DNA from: Paramoeba atlantica
Lineage: Eukaryota > Protista > Discosea
DNA length: 64,000 bases
Direction: 5' to 3'
Assembly: GCA_977017575.1 (NCBI GenBank)
Contig: CDRNVI010000173.1
Location: 54,732 to 118,731 of the forward strand
The translations under genes were made by a program, and so were the position numbers. The notes beneath the pieces were generated by a model. The model made no database searches, was not told where the DNA came from, and saw only the letters and a program-made list of their open reading frames with translations. Positions 37,501-57,050 of this stretch are shown one piece after another (the stretch's first letter is position 1; the number at the start of each line of letters is the position of its first letter).

Positions 37501-37730
37501 ATTGATGGTTCAATTAAACCTGCAAAACGAGAAGGGAATGAAAAGATTGAATCGGAAAAGAAGAACAAAGAGAAGAAGGAGAAGAACAAAGAGAAGAAGA
37601 AGAAGAACAAAGAGAAGGAGAAGAAGAAGGAGAAGAAGGAGAAGAAAGAGAAAGTAAAAAGAGAAAGATTGGAGATGAATGTGGTTTTGGTGATGAAAAA
37701 ATTGAATTCAAAAAACCTCGAATCGATTGA
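34523..37730 (+). pseudogene. ANK-B2: ankyrin-repeat paralogue of B1 with frameshifts
   Basis: ATG 34523. A 2-nt deletion near 36135 (gtggaaaggtgc vs gtggaaagaggtgc) gives TGA at 36153-36155. A 4-nt deletion near 37553 affects the last exon, and there is an in-frame 9-nt deletion near 35546. The ancestral stop position is 37730. Confidence 0.72.
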
Positions 37731-38027
37731 CCTCCACAAAATTGAAAAAGGAAATCTTCTTTTTTCAAAAAAGAAATTGTTTATTTTATTTGGGTGGTGG
37801 GGAGAGAGGGGAAATAATAAAATAGAAAAATAAAAAATAAGGTGACAATTTCATACCAAAGAGAGAGAGAAAATCAAAAGAAAAGGAAATGATGAAAATG
37901 GCTAAATTTAGTTTTCTAAAAAGAAGGAGCCAGTTTGTTTTTTTGGGGTGAGAGGAGAAAGAGAGAAAGAGAAAGAGAGATTTTTTTTGGAGTTCTCTCT
38001 TTGTTGGGATCGTTTCTTTTTTTGAAA

Positions 38028-40119
38028 ATGAGTGAAAAGAGAGAAAAGAGAAAGAGAGAAGTGGTGAGAAGTGAGAGTGAGGAGGGAAAAAGAGGAAAGA
38101 AAGAACAAATTCCTCATGATGTTGTTGTGATTGAAGATGATGTTGATGAAAGAGAACAAAGAAGCGAGGACGCCCTTGGAAAGAGAGAACAAGGAAGGGA
38201 AAGAGAAGGAGAAGAAGTGGTGATAAAAAGAAGAAGAAAGGAAGAAGAAGAGGTGATGAAAAGAAGAAGAAAGGAAGAAGAAGAGAAAAAGAAAAGATTT
38301 GCATGTGGAATATGTTTGGAGTTGATGAGTTGGGAAAAAGAACCAAGGTTGTTACCTTGTTGTGGTCTTTCTTTTTGCTCTCTTTGTCTTAACAAACTCT
38401 TCCTTCTTCAAAATCCTTCCTCTTCTTCTTCTTCTCCCTCTCCCTCTTCTTCTTCCTCTTCTTCTTCTTCTCCCTCTTCCTCTTCCTCTTCTTCTTCTCC
38501 CTCTCCCTCTTCTTCATCAGAACCAACTGAGGAGAAGAAAAAAGGAGTGAAATGTCCCGTTTGTCGAGAAATGAACGAATGTGAAACAATTGAAATACTT
38601 TCGATGAATTATTTGATTCCAGAAACAATTGATGTTCTTCTTTCTTCGAATCTAATCTCTTTCTCCCAGCAACCAACTTCAGGTTTTTACTTTTGTTTTT
38701 TTCTTTTCTTTTCTTTTCTTTCTCTTTGGAGGATAATTGACTGACTTCCTGTTTTAAACATAAAAAATAGAAGAGGAAGTTCAGGGAGTGATGGGATTGG
38801 AGAATTTGAAGAAGAGAGAATGTTCAAAACACCCATCTGAAACAATTTGTGGATTTTGTTTTCAATGTTCTTCTTTTGTTTGTACTCGTTGTATTCTTCA
38901 AACTCATGATGATCACAGAAAGAAAGTGAAATCAATTGAAGAAAGTATTTTGGAGAAAAGGAATGAAGTTGTAAAGATTGGAGATAGATTGGAGAGAAGG
39001 TTGATTTTGATTGAAGAAAAAAGAAAAAGAATTGAAAAAGAAATGAAAGAATTAGAAGAGAAATTAGAAAAGAAAAGAATTGAAAAGAAAGAAATAGAAT
39101 TAGAGAAAGAAGATTTGAGAATAAGAAAAGATTCAATTATTCGTTTATCCAACACACCAACAACAACAACAACAACAACTGATTGTGATGTTTCTCTCTT
39201 TTTTGATGATCAACTTTTTTCAACTCTTCTTCAAACCGCAAATGATATTGTTTTTGAAGGAGGTGTTGTTGGAAAAGGAGTGATTTGTTGTGATGGTGGT
39301 GGTGATTCACTTCGAGTTGTTTCTTCTTTTCCTTTAATTGAACCTTATGGAGTGAGTGTGAACAGTGATGGGAATATTTTTATTTGCGACTTTCTGGGTG
39401 GATTGAGAGTGAGAGATAACGAAGGAAATGAGATGATTGAATCAATAATTCAGAAAACAATTGATTCACTTGAATTGGAACCTGTTGATGTTTCAATTGG
39501 ATTGAATGATCAAATTGTTGTTCTTGATGGGTCTCAAGATTCTGATCGAGTTGTAATCTTAAACAAAGAAGGAGAATTGATCAAATTATTTGGATCTAGA
39601 GGTTCTCGAGATGGTCAGTTTGATGGTCCATGTGGTGTGGATGTGGATGAAGAAGGTCGAATTATTGTTGCTGATACTTTGAATCATCGAATTCAAGTGT
39701 TTGATAATGATGGATCTTTTCTTCGTTCTTTTGGTTCAAAAGGTTCTTCTGAAGGTCAATTTTGCTATCCTCGTGGTGTTGTAGTTGATAGAGATGGGAA
39801 TATTGTTATTTGTGATACTTGGAATCATCGGATTCAAGTGATGGATATTGAAGGGAATTTTATTCGATGTTTTGGAACAAAAGGTTCAGATGATTCTCAA
39901 TTCAATTGCCCAAGAGGTGTTGATGTGGATGGGGAAGGTAGAATTGTTATTGGTGATACAGAAAATAGAAGAGTGAGTGTGTTTGAGAAAGATGGAACAT
40001 TTCTTTTTTCGTTTGGTAAGGATCATATGGAAAATCCTTGTGGGGTTGTTGTTGATTCATTTGGAACAATTATTGTTTTAGATTGCGAGAAAAATTCAAT
40101 TGAATTGTGGAACGAATAG
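38028..40119 (+). CDS. T8: TRIM-NHL-like protein lacking B-box1 (RING-B-box2-coiled coil-NHL)
   Basis: ATG 38028. Exon 1 ends at 38682 (TCA G|gttttt). The acceptor aaaaatag|AAGAGGAAG at 38771 gives in-frame EEEVQGVMGLENLKKREC, and the gene ends at TAG 40119. Confidence 0.88.
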
Positions 40120-40533
40120 GTCTTTGGTATTCTTCGGTATTCATTTTTTTGTGTTTTTTTTTTGGGGGAGAGACAAAAAACAAAAGCCTTTTAGCGAGCT
40201 TCCTTTTTTATTTTGGCAAAAATGTCTTCTTATTATTTTGGTTCAAAGGGATCGTGGAGTTGAACGAAGGGACCTCGTCGGGTTGTTGTTGTTTCATTCC
40301 TAAAATTTCAAGAGAAAAAGTTACTCACAAAATTAAAATATTGAATTGTGAAACTTCGGTGCGGGTTGGTCTCTTCTTTTTTAATCTTTGTTTTTTTTGG
40401 CCTTTCTTGATGGTTTTTTTTCTCAGAGATCTCAACTCTGTTTCTTTTTTCATTCTTTTTGGTCTTTTGATTGAGATCGGATTCTCAGTTGCGCTTTTCT
40501 ATTTTTGAGAGACAAAAAAATAAAACCGACCTC

Positions 40534-43500
40534 TTAAAGTTCTTCAACCAATGCGTCAATTTCAGCATCACGTCCTAAGCCTTCTCGAATGATATCTCTT
40601 GCATCGACAGAACCCCCTTTTTCTAACATTCTTTCTAACACAATCCCTGCCTCTCTATTTAATGGATCTTTGGCAAAACATGTTTTCCAAACATCAGCAG
40701 CATAAACCTAAAAATGGAATTAAAAAGTGACTTTTTTCTCTTCTTCCAGAAAAAAATGTATTTCAAATTGCCCAAACCTTTGCAAAAAGATAACTATAAT
40801 ATCTGGCTCCATAAGTTGTTAAATGGGAAAAACGTGTTTGAGGATTTCCTCCAGCAAGAGAGCCAAGAGACAGAACCTTCTCCGAGATGGAATGATAAGC
40901 TTGAGAAGTTAAGTGATCACTCGTATCTCCGTTCTCTCTCTCTTTCAATAACTGCTCAGCAAAGGGAGCGGAGTGGTAGACTTGGTCAATCATGGAAAGG
41001 AAAATCTGATGTTCCATTTCCAGACCCCGAAAAGCTTTTCTTGTTTGTTTGATTTCTTGAATGAGTTCTGGGGGAGGGACTTTTCCTGAACTTTATTTTT
41101 CAATCAAGTGAAAAAAGAGAGTAGATTATGAGGAAGAAAAAAAAGACCTGTAACAGAATGACGAGCAATTCTCGTCATCACTCTTTCATCCCAAAAGAAA
41201 TATTCCATCAATTGTGAGGGAAATTCAGCAAAATCAAGCGCACATCTCGTACCTACATGAAATTGAGACACCATTTCTTCAAAATCTTTCATTTTTAAAA
41301 AATTGAACTGAGAGAAAATACCAGCGGTGTGTTGAAATTTGGTTCGAGACAACAAATTATGGCAAGCATGACCAAACTCATGAAAGAAAGTTTCTGCTTC
41401 GTGGACTGATAAGAGAGAAGAGGAGAGACTCTCGTGAGCTCCAATTTTGGGAAAATTACAGAGAACTGAGACAGTGGGAATTTGAAAATCTGTCAAGAAT
41501 AAACCACATGAGAACAAAAGAGAAAGATAGAAGAGAAAAAAAGAGAGAGAAAATAGAACAGCCATTTTGTAGTTCCTTGGGACATTTGATGAGAAAAGTT
41601 GCACATCCATCAAATTTATTACTCCTTGCAAAGAGATCAAAGTACACATACCCTAGAATTTCTCCTGTTGGTCCGTCTCTCCTGAAATTAAGTTGAAGTG
41701 ATTTTTTGTTTTTTCATTTTAGAAAACAGGAAAAAAGGAAAATTATTTCGAAAAGAAAAAAATTAAAAAGAATAAAAAGAAAAAACCATTCAGTTTTAAT
41801 AATATCTTGGCTCCATCGTTCTTTCTCAGTTGAAGTGGCAACACTCATCTCAATATCAAAAAGAACAGAAAGGATATAAGACATCCCTTTTATGCAATTC
41901 GCAACAGAGAAATAGGGGAGCATTTTCGCCTATTTTCTAAAATTAGTCATCTGCCAAACATGCCATGCTTAGGGAGTCACGCTTGAAGGAAAATTGGCTT
42001 ACGTCATTTGAATGTGATGGTTGTGTCAACAAATTTTGATAATAGGATTTATCCCAAGGGTAGAGGTTTTCTGATCCTTCTTTTTCTCGCTTTTTTGCTC
42101 TCATCAAACCGAGTTCTTCTCTTACTGTCCAAAGAGATTGAGAAAATGGACTAAGACGGAGAAAGAGAGAGAGGAAAAAGACCTCTTGGTTTGATTTTTT
42201 GCGAAAGGTTATCCAAGAATTGGTTGACTTGCTGTGGGCTCTTGAGGATTCGATCAGGGATTTCGAAATTGCCATAACATTCCATCCCAATTTTCTGAGA
42301 AAGAAGGGTTCGGGAAAATAAAAACAAAAAAAGGTGAGAAGAAAAAGATTATTTTGTGAGAAAGAAAAAAAAAGAAACTTGTGCAAGGAGATGACGAGTA
42401 AGAAGAAGATCCTCAAGGATTTTCAAATTCTCTGGACAACCAACTTGGCTCATCTGACATAATTCCTATGACAAACAAGAAAGTTGAATGAGAGAAAGAG
42501 AGAACATAAAAAGAGAAAGAAAAAAACTTTTCTGAGTTCACTATTTGCAGTATTTTTTAAATAAGAATTTGCTGTCCCTGAAATGAAAGAAAACAAAACT
42601 TTTGAGAAAAAGAGAAGAAATTGAGAGAAGAAAAGGAATTGAATCAAAGAGACCAGTTGTCATTTCAGCAATTAATTGTGAAGGGTTTGACGGGTCAGAA
42701 GAACAAAGACGAAAAAATTCAGGATTTTCTTTTGCAGAAAGAGAGAGAGAAGGAGAGAGAGTTCTTCTTGCAAGAGTGTTTTGGTTCATGTTTGTGTGGA
42801 ACTTGATTGAGAGAGTGAGGAGCTTTTGTTGGAGAGACACGATTTCTAGAAAAAAGGAAGTGAAATTTGGTCAAAAGAATTGAAGAAAGGGAATAAGAAA
42901 ATGAAAAGAAAGAGAAAAATAGAAAAAAAAAGAAAGGGAAATAACCATCTCTTTTTGGATCAGAGAGATGAATTCCATTCGTTTGAAAATCTTTGTAAAA
43001 AAGTAAACCAACTCTGCAAATGAAATATCCCATTTGAGTTTTCGAGCAAAAACAAACAAACAACAATTTTTCCTCTTTTCCTCTCTTTCTTTCTCATTCT
43101 TTCCTTCCTCTGCTCTCTCTCTCTCTCAATTCTCATTTCAAAAACCTTTGTTCTTCTTTTGTGAGTGAACCATACACAGAATCATTAACAATCTCGTCCA
43201 ATGAATCATAAAGAGAACGATGAGCGTTTAAAAGAGAGAAAAATCTCGAGATTTCGACAACTGTTTTTTCTGCTGCGTCTCTCCATTCAGGAGAAGAGTG
43301 AGAGTTTCTAAAAGAGAGAGAGGAAAGAGAGAGAGGAAAGAGAGAGGAAAGAGAGAGAGTTGAGTGTTCGTTGTTGTTCTTTTTTCTCTTTTTTTCTTTC
43401 TTTTCATTTTTTTTTCAATCTTTTTTTTTCTTTTCTTTTCTTTCTTTCTTTCTCTTTCCTCAGACCGACAAAATTCTGCAGAATCCGCAACAGTACAAAG

Positions 43501-43899
43501 CCTTTCAGAAATTCCATCAAGTTTTTGTAAATAACTTTCACTCCACTGAACAACAAAAAGAGAAAGGAAGAGATGAGAAGAGGAAAAAGAAAACAAAAAA
43601 TCTCATTTTCAAACCTCTTTTCTCTTTGAGTCATTTTCTTTCATTTTTTCTTGATGTTCACTTAAAATCTGATCTTCAAAAAAAGATCAGAAAGAGAGGA
43701 GAGAGAGAGAAGAGAAAAAAAGAAAAAAGAGAAAAAAGAAAAAGAGAAAAGAGAAGAAGAACGAGAAAGAACCTAATTCGAATTCTGTTTGTTGAATAAC
43801 TCCTTCTTGAAGAGCAAGAAAGTCATTTGGTTGTTGAAGTTCTCTCAATCCATATAACCCCCTTTCTTTGAGAAGAAACTAAGAAAGAAAGAAAGAGAA

Positions 43900-43930
<31 letters not shown>

Positions 43931-44050
43931 AAGAGAGAGAAAAAGAAAGAACGGCAAAATCGAAAGAAAAAAAGAAAGAAAGGCAAGACCCTGAACTTGA
44001 TGAGAATATCCTCTTCGAAAGAAGGTTCTTGCCAATCCCAACCCCTTCAT
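40534..44050 (-). CDS. MIPEP: Mitochondrial intermediate peptidase (M3A, MIPEP/Oct1), multi-exon
   Basis: N-terminus MKGLGLARTFFRRGYSH looks like a mitochondrial presequence. Conserved segments: [72 protein letters not shown] (HExxH plus third ligand E) and FSHLTTYGARYYSYLFAK. Stop TAA at 40534. Confidence 0.93.
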
Positions 44051-44341
44051 TCCTCTCTTTCTCTCTTCTCTTTCTCTCCTTTTCTCTTTCTCCTTTTCGT
44101 CCAAAAGAACAATGAATTTTTGAGGGCACAAAACTTCAATTTTGATTTTTTTTTCTTCTCTAAAAAATCTCTGTCTTTTTCTGTTTTTCTTCCAAAGACT
44201 TGAGACCCAGAAAGAGAAAAAAGGTTTTGGTTTGGGAGCTCAAAACTTTCACTCAAACAAAAGAAAAAGAGAAAGTTCGAAAAAAAAAATGTTTCGTTTC
44301 AAAGAGAAGAAAGGGAAGAGAGAGAAATATCTCTCTCTCTC

Positions 44342-44684
44342 TCAATCTCTGGCAGGTTTTAGATTTGTTATCTCATCTTGATTTTCAAGAATCAATCGAA
44401 TCGAATATTCAGGGCCAGTAAAACTATAGATTGGACCATAGGATGTTAAATCAATTGAATCAGACATCACCGTTGGGGTAATTCCTGTTCTTTATGTTGA
44501 AAAGAATGAAAGAGAAAGAGAGAAGAAAAAAAGAGAGAAAGAAACCACCAAAGATCATCAGTTTTTGTTGAGAAATTGGAATCCCTTCTTTCTCAAAAAT
44601 CTTTCTCTTCAAATCCTCCACTGTTGAAGTCGCTCCAATATCAACTGTTAGAATTTGGTTTCCGTTTCGAATCGTTAGCAACAT
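44342..44684 (-). CDS. Small ubiquitin-like (beta-grasp) protein of about 92 aa with no C-terminal diglycine
   Basis: MLLTIRNGNQILTVDIGATSTVEDLKRKIFEKEGIPISQQKLMIF, then a phase-1 intron, then GITPTVMSDSIDLTSYGPIYSFTGPEYSIRLILENQDEITNLKPARD*. The TVEDLKRKI..KEGIP..QQKL segment is ubiquitin-like. Confidence 0.8.
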
Positions 44685-44942
44685 GTTGTGAAAAAAGATT
44701 CTTGTTGTTCTGAAGACAAAACAGAAAAATCAAAAAAGAAATTTTTTTTGTTGTGTGGCTAAAATTTGTTGAAAAGTTTGAGTTTTGTTTCTTTCTTTCA
44801 TCATTTCCTTTTACTTTTGATCCTTGAGCTTTCCAACCTTATTTTTTCAAGGTTGGAAAACTGGAAAAACTGGAAAAACTGTGTGGGGGTGGGAAATGTT
44901 GGTTGTTGGCATTGTTTTTGTGATTTTCCTTTTGATTTTTTT

Positions 44943-46290
44943 TTATTCAACAGTAATTTCACCAATTTTCGTTATAACATTGGTGCTTGTTTGAAGTGAA
45001 GCCATATTGTATGTGATGTTGTAGTAAGTCCCATCCTCATGAACAGCTGTTTTGTAGTTGAGGAGAGGAAATTTTTCTCAAAAAGAGGAAAAAGAGGGAA
45101 AAAAAAGAAACTCAAACCAATCATTGAATTCTTTCGACCAAAAGTGCAATATTTTCGGCCAGGTGGAATTTTATGTTTGAGAACACTCCTCTCCGAGCTG
45201 ACATAAGACATCAAATAAGCAGGAAAATATGCCCCCACGTTTTGATCCCTAGAATTAAGAAGAAAAATATTGTTTTTTCAGTGTTCAAAAAAAAAGAACC
45301 AAATAAAAAACAAACGTTATTGGGTCCTGCACTTGAAAAAAATGAATTGTCTCTGAACCACTTGAAACAAGCAATAAATTCGAGTCATCACTGAATTTTA
45401 GACAGGAAATTTCAGCTGAGGTGGTTCCTCTTTGAAATTCTTTCAACTTCTTGCCCGTAGCAATTTCAAAAATTTGAATGACTCTTCCCCAATCATCTGT
45501 TGTTGCCAGAAGAGTCCCTTCTTTATTCATGGTGACGCATGCAAGTTTGCTTGTGTTGGTCGCAATATCAATAGGGACTTTATCAGAACAATCAATATGA
45601 GTTGTACCTTTTTGAGAAGATATCTGATGAATCAAAGAGAGGTGCCAAAAAAAAACATGATGCAAAAAAACAAATAGAAGGAAAAATACCCAGAACAGTT
45701 CCAGGGCAAGCAAAGATTGTCCGATTTTCTGTTGGCAATAACGAAAGTATTCCTGTTGGGTTTGGCGCGGTGTCAGCGCAATGGGTCAAGTGAAACTCTG
45801 GAAAACTGTAGACATACACTTTTGTTTCAACAGCAACCACCACTCTATTCATCAAATCAATTCATTTCCCATCAAAGAATGGTTCTATTCTCAAATTTTT
45901 TCGAACAAAAAAAAAACAAACCGATCCCTTTTTAACCGAACAGCTTTCACTTCTGTGTGGAGATCAAGTTCCGCGAAACAAGAGTTTGTAAAATCATCCC
46001 AGAACATGACCTTATGAGGGGGAAACTTTGGAGTTTGCCCACCACCAACAAGGGCAAGAACATTTGTTTTGTAGAACATTTCAACGATCCCAATCCCCCC
46101 ATTCAGATCTGCCAAGAATATATTTTAATCCCCCTCTCTCGAATCAAAAGAGTTGGATGAAAAAACAAAACCACAAACCTCTTTGAAACCGTTCCTTTAA
46201 CGGATCACAATTGTAAACAATGAAACCCGTCTCAGTCCCACAAGCAAAACACTCATCACTTTGATTGAACCCAACATACAGGAGCGACAT
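44943..46290 (-). CDS. ATG18: PROPPIN / ATG18-family WD40 protein, WIPI3/4 (WDR45B)-like
   Basis: [37 protein letters not shown]; [47 protein letters not shown]; EFQRG at the F/LRRG position; last exon ends ITVE* at 44943. Confidence 0.9.
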
Positions 46291-46604
46291 CCTTTCTTCC
46301 ATTCTTTTTTTCTTCTCTCTCTCTCTTTCTCTCTTTCTCTCTTTCTCTTCTCTTTCACAAAAGCCCAAAACAACACAAAACAAATAACCGAAAGCCAAAT
46401 TAGCGCCCTAAAAAAATTATTTTTTCGGCAAACAGAGAACTTTCTTTTGCTGTGAACTTCCCATTTTTGAATTAAACTGTCTTTCTCTCTTTCTTGATCA
46501 TCTCAAGAAGTTCGAAGATCAAAGAAAAACTTCTCAACTTTTTCGGTGAGAAGAATAATTTATGGTATCACTTTACAATTCGTCGAAATTTTCATGGGGC
46601 AGAT

Positions 46605-47175
46605 TCATTGCCGACTCAATTTCTCTTCGAAATTTTTCGACATTCTCAGACATTCGTAAACTTTCATCTGAAAAAAAAAGGAATCAAAAAGGGAGAAAGG
46701 AAACAAAAAGAAAAAAAAAGGAACCATATTTCATTTTGAGAAGAGACACCCCGTCTTTCACAAGACAGAGAAGAGGAATTGATTCTCCTCCGTATCGTTT
46801 CACAATATGTTGAAGTTCCTCTCTGATCGGGGGTTGAAATTAATTTTCAAGAGAAAGTTTTAAAATCGCAAATGAAGAAGACATAATTTTCTTATTTACC
46901 TGGTGATGTCAATCAGAGTGACTTCGATTTCAAAAATCGCTGAAAGATACTCATAAAAAGTTAGTCTTTCAGGAGAACTCAAGTCGCCAAAAATTAACAG
47001 ATGAAAATTTCCGTCCTATGCAAAAGAGTCAATTCTTTTTCTTTTTTTTTTAGAGATCGAAAAAAAAGAAAGACACCTCCAGGATGTCATGGACATTTGG
47101 TGGCCCAAGATCCAAAAAGAGATTCCACACACAAATAAGGAGACCAATAAAAAGAAAAAAAGCGATGAGTCTCAT
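46605..47175 (-). CDS. Small secreted or membrane-anchored thioredoxin-fold-like protein without CxxC (4 exons, about 117 aa)
   Basis: Hydrophobic N-terminus MRLIAFFLFIGLLICVW, then spliced exons DGNFHLLIFGDLSSPERLTFYEYLSAIFEIEVTLIDITR / EELQHIVKRYGGESIPLLCLVKDG / MKVYECLRMSKNFEEKLSRQ*. The (V/I)D..l...y....iP.l...kdG pattern is Trx-like. The fold call is inference. Confidence 0.5.
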
Positions 47176-47450
47176 TTTCAAGGGGGATTCAAGGGTGGTT
47201 GCCGTTCTTTAGGGGAAGAGTGGGCAACCAACCAACCGAACAAGAAAAACAGAAAAAATCAGAACGGCGAAATTTTTCCAAAAATCATTTTCAACAAAAA
47301 TAAAACAAAATGAGCTCATTTCCCACAGAAAAAAAAATAAAAACAGAATTTGATTTAGAAACCTAAAATAAGCTTCTTTCTTTTTTTTGTTTTGCTTTTT
47401 TGGTTTGGGAAACAAACAACCCCTCCTCTTTGCTCTTTGGTCCAAAAAGA

Positions 47451-56642
<9,192 letters not shown>

Positions 56643-56776
56643 AATGAAACTCTCTCTTCTTCAAAGAGTAAAATTGTGTAAAATGAATCAATTTTCCAAA
56701 AAGACAATCAATCACTTTTTCAAAATCAAAAAAATGATTTCTTTTTCAGAATGAAATTTTGGCCACTTTTTTAAAA

Positions 56777-57050
56777 TTAGGTCGAAAAAATTCCTTGTTT
56801 TTTTCCTTCCAAAATGGGAGGTGGTTTTTCGTCTTCCATGAACGTGACAGTCCCTGAAAGAAAGTCAGAGAGAAAAAAGCTGAGGTTGATCGAGATAAAA
56901 AAACCAAAACCTTGAGAAGAGAAGAGAATTCTCAACTTCTCAAATGGGATAGGAAAGATTGGTTGAAACCACTTCTTTTAATTCAAGGATTGTTGTTGGT
57001 TCAACTTCAATTTGAAGAATTTTACAAGAACCAACACTTCTGAGTTGCAA
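56777..57050 (-). pseudogene. Degenerate ubiquitin-like gene remnant
   Basis: LQLRSVGSCKILQIEVEPTTILELKEVVSTN, frameshift, IPFEKLRILFSSQG, GT-AG intron, TVTFMEDEK. This resembles ubiquitin LEVEPSDTI..IPPDQQRLIF..LEDG. No ATG was found, and the unshifted frame hits an in-frame stop. Confidence 0.5.

Noticed and set aside
18807-37730. Regularly spaced repeats as a CRISPR-like array or transposon
   Set aside because: The repeats are spliceosomal exon/intron units encoding ankyrin repeats; no cas, transposase, TIR/TSD or LTR was seen.
1208-40119. Diversity-generating retroelement-like mutagenesis as the source of NHL variability
   Set aside because: No reverse transcriptase or template repeat is present in the window, and the variable codons change at all four bases rather than only at adenines.
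46570-46670. Alternative frame of the Trx-like last exon ending ...HENFDEL* (ER-retention-like)
   Set aside because: It needs a phase-1 donor, but the GT directly after the ..VKDG codons is phase 0 and the next one is phase 2; not supported without cDNA.
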